The notes under the pieces were generated by a model that made no database searches, was not told the origin of the DNA, and was given only the letters and a program-made list of their open reading frames with translations. 64,000 bases of DNA, taken from an uncultured candidate division Zixibacteria bacterium (GTDB taxonomy: Bacteria > Zixibacteria > MSB-5A5 > GN15 > PGXB01). The first letter of the stretch is position 1; each line of letters opens with the position of its first letter. The translations under genes and the position numbers were made by a program. Shown here in pieces: positions 43,769 through 53,136 of this stretch. The stretch spans positions 256,001 to 320,000 of the forward strand of contig OY969724.1 of the NCBI GenBank assembly GCA_963702205.1, read 5' to 3'.

Positions 43769-45838
43769 CTATTTAAGCAATTTTTTCTTTTTTCCCCGTC
43801 CCCACATGTTGTCATCGGAAGAATCCGACTCTTCCTCGTCTTCGGGATGCTTCTTTTTCGGGGCTTTATCCTTTCCCGAAGCTTCGGCTTTTTCGGGCTC
43901 TTGAGCAACTGGCTTGTCTTCAGTCTTTTCAGCCGCGGGTTTGTTTTCGGATTTTTCAGCCACGGGCTTATTGTCGGGCTTTTCCGCCACAGGTTTGGGG
44001 GCCGGTTTTTGCACCTCTTGATGCTTTTCAGGCTTTTTTGTGTCCGAATCGTCGAGCAGATTCAGCTTCGAAATGTCTATATCGAAATAGCTGTCGGAGT
44101 TGCCTTCTTCGACCGGCGGCTTTTCAGATACGACGCCGGTGTCTTTGTCGTCCATTTTGTCGAGCTGCTGGCGAACTTTGTCCAGTTCGCGCTCAATAGT
44201 CGTCTTCGACGGTTTAACCGGTTCCGGGGTCAGTTTCACTTTAAGGTCCGGACCGAGAATTTCTTTCGATTCTTTAGTATCCCGTGCTTCCGGCTTTTGG
44301 GTCGGTTTAGGACTGGAAGTATTGTCCGGTTTTTGATTGTACTGGCGCGACCGTCCGCTATCCGGCCGGGAGCGCCTGTCTGACCTATCGGAACGGTTGG
44401 GGCGATCGGGGCGATCGGGACGGTCCTGGCGGGGAGATCGGGACCGGTGGTCGTCACGGTCGCGGTCCCTGTTTCCGTAACGCTTGCGGCTGTCGCCGGA
44501 GGATTGTCTCGGTGCGGGCCTGTCCTTGCGTTCGTATTTGCCTCGGGAGCGATCGGTACGGTCACGGTCACGGGAATCGGTTTGCGGGGCCGGAGTCGTC
44601 TTCCGGCTGCGGGTACTGCTTTCTTCCTGCATCTCCGCCGTTTCGCCGATTACAGCGGCACCGATGGAATCGCCCCAGACATTGACAGTGGTCCGGCAGC
44701 GATCGAGAAACCAGTCGATAGCCCAGATCAGCCCGATACCTTCCAGCGGTAGTCCGACTGCGGACAGCACGAAGACCATCGTCACCGTCCCGGCGTGCGG
44801 AATACCGGCGGCGCCAATCGACGCCAGCGTCGCGGTCAAAAATATTATGATCTGGCCGCCGATGGAAAGATGAACGCCGTAAATCTGCGCGATAAACATC
44901 GCCGCCACCGCTTCATAAAGAGCGGTGCCGTCCATATTGATGGTTGCGCCCAGCGGCAGGACAAACGACGCCGCCTTCGGATTGACTTTGTTTTTTTCCT
45001 CGACCGAGTCGATTGTCACCGGCAGGGTCGCCGACGATGACGCCGTAGTGAAAGCCGTCGCCAGCGCCTGACCCATATTGACAAAATAAGTCAGCGGGCT
45101 TTTGCCCGTAAACATTTTCAATATAAGCGGAAGGATTATTACTGAGTGTATGGCCAGACCGATGAGGACGGTCAGCGTGTACATTCCCAGCCCGGAAACG
45201 AGCTGTTCGATCGAGCCCCGGTTCTCGGCGACAATGCCGCCGATAAGAGCCATAACACCGATCGGCGCAAAATAGAGTATCAGCGTGACCAGCTTCATGA
45301 TGGCGCGGTTAAGGCCGTCGAAGAAATTCAACACCGAGCGGCCTTTGACTCCGATTGTGGTCAGGACGGCTCCGAATACCAGCGAAATGACAATCAGAGG
45401 CAGAACCCGGCCCTCGGCCGCCGCGCCGAAAATATTGTCGGGAATAAGACTTACTATAACATCGATAAGCGTCTTGCCCCGGTTGGCCTGGACAAGATCC
45501 GGGATGTGCGACCCGAACGCGGAAACTCCGACTCCCGGCCGCAGGACGTTTACCAGAATCAAGCCGATTATCACCGAAATACCGGTGGTGGCCAGATAAT
45601 ACAACAGGGTCTTGCCGGTCGTTTTGCCCAGACGACGCACGTCGCCCAGAGACGCCACGCCGACTATCATCGACGCCACAATCAGCGGTATTACGACCAT
45701 TTTTAAAGCGTTGAGAAAGATCGTCCCGAGGAATTGAATGCGGAGAAAGACGTCTCCGGCAAAATAGCCTCCGAGGGCTCCAAGGACGGCCCCGGCGATC
45801 ATAGCGATAAGAATAATATTTCCTATTTTGGATTTCAT
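43769..45838 (-). CDS. Dicarboxylate/amino acid:cation symporter with long low-complexity C-terminal tail
   Basis: TASSSATLP, INMDGT, ASIGAAGIP, DRCRTTVNVWGD, then about 280 charged/Pro-rich residues. Confidence 0.92.
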   Translation of the reverse strand: MKSKIGNIILIAMIAGAVLGALGGYFAGDVFLRIQFLGTIFLNALKMVVIPLIVASMIVGVASLGDVRRLGKTTGKTLLYYLATTGISVIIGLILVNVLRPGVGVSAFGSHIPDLVQANRGKTLIDVIVSLIPDNIFGAAAEGRVLPLIVISLVFGAVLTTIGVKGRSVLNFFDGLNRAIMKLVTLILYFAPIGVMALIGGIVAENRGSIEQLVSGLGMYTLTVLIGLAIHSVIILPLILKMFTGKSPLTYFVNMGQALATAFTTASSSATLPVTIDSVEEKNKVNPKAASFVLPLGATINMDGTALYEAVAAMFIAQIYGVHLSIGGQIIIFLTATLASIGAAGIPHAGTVTMVFVLSAVGLPLEGIGLIWAIDWFLDRCRTTVNVWGDSIGAAVIGETAEMQEESSTRSRKTTPAPQTDSRDRDRTDRSRGKYERKDRPAPRQSSGDSRKRYGNRDRDRDDHRSRSPRQDRPDRPDRPNRSDRSDRRSRPDSGRSRQYNQKPDNTSSPKPTQKPEARDTKESKEILGPDLKVKLTPEPVKPSKTTIERELDKVRQQLDKMDDKDTGVVSEKPPVEEGNSDSYFDIDISKLNLLDDSDTKKPEKHQEVQKPAPKPVAEKPDNKPVAEKSENKPAAEKTEDKPVAQEPEKAEASGKDKAPKKKHPEDEEESDSSDDNMWGRGKKKKLLK

Positions 45839-46218
45839 ATTAAGCTGCATTCCCATGTTTAGATTTACCCATAAACGGTCATTATACAAAATTTTGCGAA
45901 TTTGGCAACCATTATTAAAAAATAGGCTCACGGTTCGGACAAAGTGATCCAACAAATTTTAACTCAAACTGACAGTTTCTGACAGTCCCGCAGCCTATAT
46001 TGTAGTTTATTGGACAGGCTGTAAGGGGGCCTTAAATATAAAAATGCGGAGGGATTTAAAGGCAAGTTTGCACAGTATATTAATCAGCTTCGTCTTGTAG
46101 TCGGAATCTGGGGGTTTCGCACATTTCTCGATTTTTCAAAAGATCAGATTCTCGAAAATATTGGATTGTTTGGTTAATGTTTGAATTGAGGTAGTTTTTT
46201 CGGCCTAATGGGTGAGAT

Positions 46219-47268
46219 ATGAGAATAATTGCGGCTTTATTTATTTTGACGTCGACGTTATTTCTGGTTACTACCTGTTGTGATGATTGCTCGGTATGTC
46301 CGAAACCGGAGGCAGGAGAGCATCTCTTCTATATTGCACCTAAACAAGGCAATTTAATCAAAGTCTTTTCGGTTGAACAGGAAGCCTTTATCGATTCGAT
46401 TACGGTTGATAGCGTCGGCACTAATGAATACGTGCTGATTCATATTATTGGCGATGATTCACTACTGGCAGTATCGGCCGGAAACAAAACTTACTTTGTG
46501 GACATTAAGACAAAATCTATTGTTAATTCAATTAACAAAGGCGGCTTGATTTTCAGCAGAGATTCAAGATATTATTTCAGTGGCAATTCACTGGTTCTTT
46601 ATCCTGAGCATACGCCAATTTTTACCGATCCTAATTCCCACGGCTTTGTCAAATTCAGCAATAAATCCGAATTTCTGACATATCAATACTACATCACTCC
46701 GGGTGACCCCGTGGAGTTAGGTCTTTATGATATTTCAGAAAACTCTGCCACTCATACAATTGAAACTTGGCACGAATATCCAGTGTCTTTTTTCCAGAGT
46801 CAAGCTATCGGGAAGTTGAAAAAGACATATCTTGATGCACAGACATTTAATGCTTTTGGTGTATGCGATTTTGATGCCGATACTTTTAGGCTATTAAAAT
46901 CATTTCCGTATAACGGATCCACAACCTTGGTTGTAAGCCCGGACGAACGACATGTCTTTTTTACCGATTATGGGCCGGCGCCTTTCGGCTATGGCCCCAG
47001 CGGGCATATCTTTGTATGGGATGCTGAGAGCGAAGATTCGGTGGCTGCCATTTCCTACTCTTTTACCGGTATAGAACAATTCAATATGTTGGTGGTTTCC
47101 TATGACAATCGCTACCTTCTGGGCAGACCGTTCAATGAAATGGATGAATTTACGACGTTTTACATATTCGATGTTCGGGAATTCGAATTAATCGGGATCT
47201 ATAATTGTGGATTTTTGACCGGCAATGTTACGTCAAAATATTGTTCCAGAAATATGTTATTTCATTAG
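46219..47268 (+). CDS. Putative beta-propeller lipoprotein (YncE-like)
   Basis: Signal ending LVTTCCDDCSVCPKP; VSPDER and VSYDNR blade motifs. Confidence 0.75.
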   Translation: MRIIAALFILTSTLFLVTTCCDDCSVCPKPEAGEHLFYIAPKQGNLIKVFSVEQEAFIDSITVDSVGTNEYVLIHIIGDDSLLAVSAGNKTYFVDIKTKSIVNSINKGGLIFSRDSRYYFSGNSLVLYPEHTPIFTDPNSHGFVKFSNKSEFLTYQYYITPGDPVELGLYDISENSATHTIETWHEYPVSFFQSQAIGKLKKTYLDAQTFNAFGVCDFDADTFRLLKSFPYNGSTTLVVSPDERHVFFTDYGPAPFGYGPSGHIFVWDAESEDSVAAISYSFTGIEQFNMLVVSYDNRYLLGRPFNEMDEFTTFYIFDVREFELIGIYNCGFLTGNVTSKYCSRNMLFH

Positions 47269-47355
47269 CCGTTGCATTGCCAGATACATAGCTAGATTGC
47301 GGCAATGACTTAAACGCAACACGGAGAATGTTTTGGTTAATTAAGGAGTAGTAAG

Positions 47356-47508
47356 ATGGGAAAATCCTTGACGATATCATTGGTAATGCTATTTATATTA
47401 TTATCAAGTGCGGATGCAGAATATTATTATTCTGTTAATAGACAGGTTCCCTTGAAAGTGGATTCATCAAAAGATCAGATTCTCGAAAATATTGGATTGT
47501 TTGGTTAA
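47356..47508 (+). pseudogene. Truncated secreted-protein gene remnant
   Basis: AAGGAG SD, signal peptide, then EYYYSVNRQVPLKVDSSK; runs into the duplicated block at 47467 and stops after 50 aa. Confidence 0.6.
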
Positions 47509-47549
47509 TGTTTGAATTGAGGTAGTTTTTTCGGCCTAATGGGTGAGAT

Positions 47550-48647
47550 ATGAGAATAATTGCGGCCATATTTATTCTGATATCAGCATTATTTCTAATT
47601 ACAACCTGCTGTAATGATTGCCCGATTTGCCCGAAACCAGAAACCACTCAATACCGGCTTTATGCCGTCGATGACTATGGCCATCGCCTTTATGCCATTG
47701 ACATCCCGGCCGACACCGTGCTTTTTTCTGTGCCGGTCGATTTCGAAACCGCGCTTGACATGTTCGTTTCTCAGGATGGCTCTCGCCTGATGATTTCGGT
47801 TTTGGGTGTATACTCAACATTGATTTACGATACACGGGATTTGTCCGTAATCGATACTCTGGATGATATGTACGGCTACTACTATTTTGACTATTCCGAT
47901 AATTACGGTGTTCTGGTCAGTGGTCTAATCGCCGATCCGGTAGTAAAGATACTGGATCCGAACACGTTAGAATCTCATGTCATAATTAACAGGTTTATGC
48001 GTTATGCGTTTCTTGATACGGTCAGCAACTGTTTGTATGGGGTGGCCGGGCCGGATGCCAATTTAGCCAATTTGGTCTACAAAATCGATTGCTATTCGGA
48101 GCGTTTAACCGATTCATTTTTTATTGCGACAAATGACGATCAATTTGTATCTGTCGGAAACATAGCCTATAACTGGCTAAATGACATTCTATATTTCCAC
48201 GCCAGGATTGCGCCGTCACAAAGCTATTTCTACCAATATGATTTGTTCGCCGATTCCGCTCTTGATTCCACATATATTGTGGAAAAATTCGGTTCGGTAG
48301 CTATTTCTCCAAATGGTCGCAGAGTTTATATGACCGAAGGCGGTAATGCCTGGTTTGGCATTAGGCCTCCCGGGTATATAAGAGACTACGATGCATTAAC
48401 TCACAAAGCCGATTCCATATTCCTACCCGATATTGACCCCTATGATCAACCATGGGAACCATATTATCGGGATATACTAATAACGCCTGACGGCAAACGA
48501 GCATATATAGGGGCCGGTGGCAGCGACGCCACTTGGGCTCCACTTTCCTTGTTTTCTATTAATCTTGATGATAATACGGTAAATATCGGGGCCATGCCTA
48601 CTTCGACGTTTTCTGCTTCAGTAATCGCCATCGGACCGGCGCCATAG
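47550..48647 (+). CDS. Putative beta-propeller lipoprotein (YncE-like)
   Basis: LITTCCNDCPICPKP; ISPNG and ITPDG blades; paralog of 48696-49784. Confidence 0.78.
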   Translation: MRIIAAIFILISALFLITTCCNDCPICPKPETTQYRLYAVDDYGHRLYAIDIPADTVLFSVPVDFETALDMFVSQDGSRLMISVLGVYSTLIYDTRDLSVIDTLDDMYGYYYFDYSDNYGVLVSGLIADPVVKILDPNTLESHVIINRFMRYAFLDTVSNCLYGVAGPDANLANLVYKIDCYSERLTDSFFIATNDDQFVSVGNIAYNWLNDILYFHARIAPSQSYFYQYDLFADSALDSTYIVEKFGSVAISPNGRRVYMTEGGNAWFGIRPPGYIRDYDALTHKADSIFLPDIDPYDQPWEPYYRDILITPDGKRAYIGAGGSDATWAPLSLFSINLDDNTVNIGAMPTSTFSASVIAIGPAP

Positions 48648-48695
48648 TAATGTCAGTTTTCAAACTGAATCTATCTTAATGAAGGGAGGTGAGAT

Positions 48696-49784
48696 ATGAA
48701 GGTAATCGCGGTTTTATTTGTTTTAACGTCGACATTATTTATGGTGACAACCTGTTCCGACAATTGCCCCGTATGCCCGAAGAAAGAAGTCGCTCAATAT
48801 AGATTGTATGCCGTCGATGACTACGGCTATGAGCTCTATGTCATTGATATCCCATCCGACACGGTGCTTTTCTCAATTCCAATCGATTACAGCGTCAGAA
48901 GCATGTTCGTCAGCCGGGACGGCTCCCGCTTGATGGTCGGCTCGATTGATGCCTTGGCAACCTTAGTCTATGATACACGGGATCTTTCTGTCATAGATAC
49001 GCTTGAGGGCATGTTAGGCTATTATTATTGTGATTATTCAGATGACTATATTGCTCTTGCCAGTACGCTGAGCGCCGACCCTGACATAAAAATCTTAGAC
49101 CCTGTCAATCTCGAACCAAGGTTTACAATTGAAAGGGCGGTGCGAACAAGCTTTCTCGATACCGTCAGCAACTGCCTGTATGGTGAAGCGGCGGTTGAGG
49201 CGAATTTGGTTTATAAAATCGATTGCAATACCGGACGATTGGTGGATTCATTTCGAATTACAACAAATGGCGACCAAATTATAGTAGTACAACGTATGTT
49301 TTATAACTGGCTTAATGATCTATTGTATTTTCATGCCAAGATTTCACCATATCAAAGTTGTTTCTACCAATATGATTTGTTAGCCGACTCAGCATTGGAT
49401 TCCACAATTATCGTAGAAGACCCCGGATCTGCGGCAATTTCGCCGGACGGTCGTAAGATCTATATGACCGAAGGTGGCAATGCCTGGTTTGGAATAAGAC
49501 CACCTGGGTATATCAGGATTTATAATGCTTTCACTCATCAGGTGGAAGATTCCGTTTTGCCCCCAGACCTTGATCCTTATGGCCACCCCTGGTCGTGTTA
49601 TTATCGGGATATATTAATAACGCCTGACGGTAGTCGCGCATACATTGGAGCTGGCGGCAATGCGGCTGTCACGGCTCCATTGCCCATATATTCAATTAAT
49701 CTCGATGATAATACAAGAAATGTCGGTGCCATGCCTACTTCGTCGTTTTCAGCTTCAGTAATCTCCATCGGCCCGGCACCATAG
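48696..49784 (+). CDS. Putative beta-propeller lipoprotein (YncE-like)
   Basis: MVTTCSDNCPVCPK; shares YRLYAVDDYG, YMTEGGNAWFGIRPPGYIR and GAMPTSxFSASVIxIGPAP with the preceding gene. Confidence 0.78.
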   Translation: MKVIAVLFVLTSTLFMVTTCSDNCPVCPKKEVAQYRLYAVDDYGYELYVIDIPSDTVLFSIPIDYSVRSMFVSRDGSRLMVGSIDALATLVYDTRDLSVIDTLEGMLGYYYCDYSDDYIALASTLSADPDIKILDPVNLEPRFTIERAVRTSFLDTVSNCLYGEAAVEANLVYKIDCNTGRLVDSFRITTNGDQIIVVQRMFYNWLNDLLYFHAKISPYQSCFYQYDLLADSALDSTIIVEDPGSAAISPDGRKIYMTEGGNAWFGIRPPGYIRIYNAFTHQVEDSVLPPDLDPYGHPWSCYYRDILITPDGSRAYIGAGGNAAVTAPLPIYSINLDDNTRNVGAMPTSSFSASVISIGPAP

Positions 49785-49860
49785 CGAAAAAGTATGTCCG
49801 CAATATTCATCGCAATGATTAATTTAAATGATCGAAGCATGCTGGCTCGATATTACAAAT

Positions 49861-49897
49861 AAAAACCCGGCGGACAATTTAACCTACCGGGCTTTTT
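49861..49897. terminator. Probable bidirectional terminator
   Basis: AAAAACCCGG...CCGGGCTTTTT between convergent genes. Confidence 0.55.
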
Positions 49898-49953
49898 ATT
49901 TTTTAATCCCGCTTTATGATCTAAGTGCGGGAATTATTTATTCATATATCAGA

Positions 49954-50634
49954 CTATTTTTCGGCGTTTTCTTCCTCTGTCGGGGCCCATTTGAGGCTTT
50001 TAATCATATCCGTCGCCTCTTTTAGTAAAGTGGGGAAAAATGTCCCTTCACAGGTAATCGTAAACGACAGCATATACTTACCGTTTTTGACCTCGACCAG
50101 CCCGACGGCGTACGAGCGCTTCGACGTTTCAAACGTCCCCTGCTTGACCGTAAACTCGGCGGTACCTTCCCACTGGCCCGCTTCGAGCCCGTCGATCTCC
50201 AGCGACGTGCGCCGCGACGGTTTCAGCCCGTCATAAACGATGTTCTCTTCCAGCGTCAGAATCTCGCGCAGGATTTTCTTCTTATCGCCGGAAGAATAAG
50301 TCCAACTCGTGAGCGAATCGATAAATTCAAGCGCGCTTTCGAATCCTGGTTCGCAGATATAGATGTCGATCGTGGGCACCCGCGCCAGCTGCGGAGTCGG
50401 CATCAGTTCGGGGGGAATCTTGTGATCTTTCTGAGACAGGACCACGCGAAAGTCGCTGTCTTTTTTCTGGAGTTCACCTTCCCAGTTGTCGAGGACGTTG
50501 AATTGGTATCCATAATCCGAATCGGTAAATACGCCCTTATCGATTTCTCCGGATTTTTCCTTTTTCTTTCTGGCGTCCGCGATCGATACACACATCAACA
50601 GCGCCAATGCGACCATTAAAAAACGCTTCATCAT
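49954..50634 (-). CDS. Secreted hypothetical protein
   Basis: AGGAGG SD and clear signal peptide; no family recognised. Confidence 0.75.
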   Translation of the reverse strand: MMKRFLMVALALLMCVSIADARKKKEKSGEIDKGVFTDSDYGYQFNVLDNWEGELQKKDSDFRVVLSQKDHKIPPELMPTPQLARVPTIDIYICEPGFESALEFIDSLTSWTYSSGDKKKILREILTLEENIVYDGLKPSRRTSLEIDGLEAGQWEGTAEFTVKQGTFETSKRSYAVGLVEVKNGKYMLSFTITCEGTFFPTLLKEATDMIKSLKWAPTEEENAEK

Positions 50635-50927
50635 ATCGTAAACCTCCTGCCCGGTTTAGCGTTACTTAAATTTTGCGGTTCTGACTTTTATACATAATAA
50701 AGCCCGATATGTTTTTTGTCCACAAAAGGATTGAAAAATCGTCCGTAAGCGGACCGGTTTTGTTTGGATTTCGTTAAGCTTGTTCAAAAGCTCTTAACGC
50801 CGCGTTAAGTTTCCATTAAGAAACGACTTACAGCCCGCGAAGCTCTTGATTTTTGGGATTATATGACTATAAAGAAGACGGCGACCGATAGGAGACCGCC
50901 GAATTTACGAGGGGATGGAAATTAATT

Positions 50928-51743
50928 ATGAAAGACAACTTTATGCGACAAAATCCCGAATACGCCGCGTCCGACGTCGACACCCTGATTATATCCGACG
51001 TCCATCTCGGATCGAAAGTCAGCCGGGCGAAAGAGGTGTACCGGTTTCTTGAATCGTACCGGATAGACAAATACCGTTTCCGCATCAAGAGGCTGATACT
51101 TCTCGGCGACATTTTCGACGACCTCAATTTCAACAAGCTGGACCGTCACGCCTGGAAGCTGGCCGGACTGTTTCGCGCGATGGCATCGCAGAAGTGCGAT
51201 ACGGAAATAGTCTGGATTCTCGGCAACCACGATTTGATGCTGGCCGATCTTATGCACCACCTCGTCGGCCTGCCGGTTTGCCGGGAGTACGAGTGGGAGT
51301 GCAATGGCAGACGATTCCTCGCCGCGCACGGCGACCAATTCGACAAGTGGATCGTGGACTACTACTGGGTATCCGTCGTCCCGACCTGGTTCTACAGCTT
51401 CGTGCAGACAATCGACGGTTCCAAGCACCGCTTCAGCCGCTTTTTAAAAGAAACCAGCAAAAAGTGGCTGCGGATCAATAAAGACGTCGCTGATAAGTTC
51501 GTCGAATACGCCCGAAGCAAACCGGTGCGGGTCGACAATATCTTCTGCGGACACACCCACATCAGTGAAATTATCGAATATCCCGACGACGGCATGACCT
51601 ATTACAACACCGGCTGCTGGACCGGCAGCCACAATCCGACGTATGTCGCGATAGACAGCGACGGCCAGGTTATGCTTCGGGAATACGCGGCAAATCCGTC
51701 GGAAGCGACCGCGCGAAGCTATCCGCGACCGGTGCATGCCTGA
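50928..51743 (+). CDS. Calcineurin-like metallophosphoesterase (LpxH-like)
   Basis: SDVHLG, LGDIFD, GNHD, HGD, GHTH, NTGCW. Confidence 0.88.
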   Translation: MKDNFMRQNPEYAASDVDTLIISDVHLGSKVSRAKEVYRFLESYRIDKYRFRIKRLILLGDIFDDLNFNKLDRHAWKLAGLFRAMASQKCDTEIVWILGNHDLMLADLMHHLVGLPVCREYEWECNGRRFLAAHGDQFDKWIVDYYWVSVVPTWFYSFVQTIDGSKHRFSRFLKETSKKWLRINKDVADKFVEYARSKPVRVDNIFCGHTHISEIIEYPDDGMTYYNTGCWTGSHNPTYVAIDSDGQVMLREYAANPSEATARSYPRPVHA

Positions 51744-51829
51744 GAATTCCAGCACGGGCTTCACTGTCTTTAAGTTCATCTCTCCCCTTTTATCTTGCCA
51801 TAAACCCGGCTTTGTTTCATATTCGTGAC

Positions 51830-52307
51830 ATGAACACATACGACCACGAATATTTCATGGAATACGCCCTGCGCGAGGCGCAGCTGGCATTCGAGCAGTC
51901 CGAAGTTCCGATCGGGGCGGTGGTGGCCCTCGAAAATAAAATCATCGGGCGCGGTCACAACCGGACCGAATCGCTCAAAGACGCCACCGCTCACGCCGAG
52001 ATGATCGCGATTACGTCGGCCGCCGAGCACATCGGCGACTGGCGGCTGGATGAATGCATATTGTACAGGTACAATCGAACCGTGCGCCATGTGTGCCGGG
52101 GCCTCGGTGCTGTCGCGGATAAAGACCATAGTCTACGGCGCTCCCGACACCCGCTTCGGCGCATGCGGATCGCTGTTCGAGATACCGGTCGATACCAGAC
52201 TTAACCACCGGGTAGAAATTATATCCGGCATTATGGAAAAAGAAGCGGTCGAGCTGATGCAGTTGTTCTTCCGGGAAGTCCGCAAGAAAAAGGAGCGGGT
52301 GAATTGA
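51830..52307 (+). CDS. tadA: tRNA adenosine(34) deaminase, apparent +1 frameshift at 52068-52069
   Basis: EVPIGAV and TAHAE in one frame, EPCAMCAGA and GACGS in another; deleting one G gives LYSTIEPC. Confidence 0.9.
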
Positions 52308-52825
52308 ATAAACACGACGTCGATATCAATGCCATTCTGATCAAGCCGCTGTATATGGGCATGCTGATCAATATATTCTTCCCGATGACGCTGTTGATTG
52401 TCGCTTATTTCATGAGTCAGTCGTCGGGGCAGGACGTTATGAAAATAACGTCCAAGTGGGACGTCATCGCCTGGGTGTTTCTGGCGGTGGCGGTCGTCGA
52501 CGGGATCGTCGCCATATTGTTAAGACAGAAGTTGTTCATGGTGCCGCTGATTCGCTCGGAGGCGTCGTTCGAGGACGATCTCAAAGCCGGCGCGTTTCGG
52601 GTGTCGATGACCTGCTACGCGATGACGACGGCAATCTCGATTTACGGGTTCGTGTTGTTTCTGATCGGCGGCGATTTTCGGACGATGTTTCTGTTTATCC
52701 TGATGTCGTTTATCGCGTTTCAGCTGGTCAAACCGAGGCGCGGGTTTATTGAGAAAGTGATCCAGGCACAGGAGCGTCATCTGGCCGAGGGCCGGACTTT
52801 CACCGGCTCACCCGGAGCGTTTTAA
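52304..52825 (+). CDS. Hypothetical membrane protein (4 TM)
   Basis: Four hydrophobic segments; overlaps the tadA stop. Confidence 0.7.
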   Translation: MNKHDVDINAILIKPLYMGMLINIFFPMTLLIVAYFMSQSSGQDVMKITSKWDVIAWVFLAVAVVDGIVAILLRQKLFMVPLIRSEASFEDDLKAGAFRVSMTCYAMTTAISIYGFVLFLIGGDFRTMFLFILMSFIAFQLVKPRRGFIEKVIQAQERHLAEGRTFTGSPGAF

Positions 52826-52933
52826 TAAATCAGCCCTTTCAGTTGTTTCGAAAATCGGGTTTGGCGGGATAAGTCTGAAATTTACGCTTTACATCGCGGC
52901 GGATTTTAATAAATTAACGGATCACTGTTTGAC

Positions 52934-53020
52934 GGAGAGGTGCCGGAGCGGTTGAACGGGGCGGTCTCGAAAACCGTTGAGCCTTTGCGGGCTCCCAGGG
53001 TTCGAATCCCTGCCTCTCCG
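52934..53020 (+). tRNA. tRNA-Ser(CGA)
   Basis: GGAGAGG/CCTCTCC acceptor stem, anticodon arm GCGGT-CTCGAAA-ACCGT, long variable arm GAGCC..GGCTC, T-loop TTCGAAT; CCA not encoded. Confidence 0.96.
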
Positions 53021-53096
53021 CTTTATATTTTTGTGTTTTCATAACATTATGCTTGACAATTTGTTATAATTGCCGATATTATAAGTGCATCATCGC

Positions 53097-53115
53097 TGTG
53101 ACCATATTGTGACCA
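53097..53115 (+). promoter_or_regulatory. Candidate integrase arm-binding direct repeat
   Basis: TGTGACCA at 53097-53104 and 53108-53115, between the tRNA and int. Confidence 0.45.
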
Positions 53116-53136
53116 CTTATAACCGGGAATTTCAAT

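Larger units (their letters stand above)
46136..47566 (+). repeat. 100-bp identical direct repeat (46136-46235 and 47467-47566)
   Basis: TCAAAAGATCAGATTCTCG...GAGATATGAGAATAATTGCGGC occurs twice, 1331 bp apart; covers the upstream region and first codons of two lipoprotein genes. Confidence 0.92.

Noticed and set aside
52050..52080. Programmed frameshift in tadA
   Set aside because: No slippery sequence, and the same indel pattern appears in three unrelated genes.
52934..53020. tRNA-Sec because of the long variable arm
   Set aside because: The anticodon is CGA and the acceptor stem is 7 bp: tRNA-Ser.
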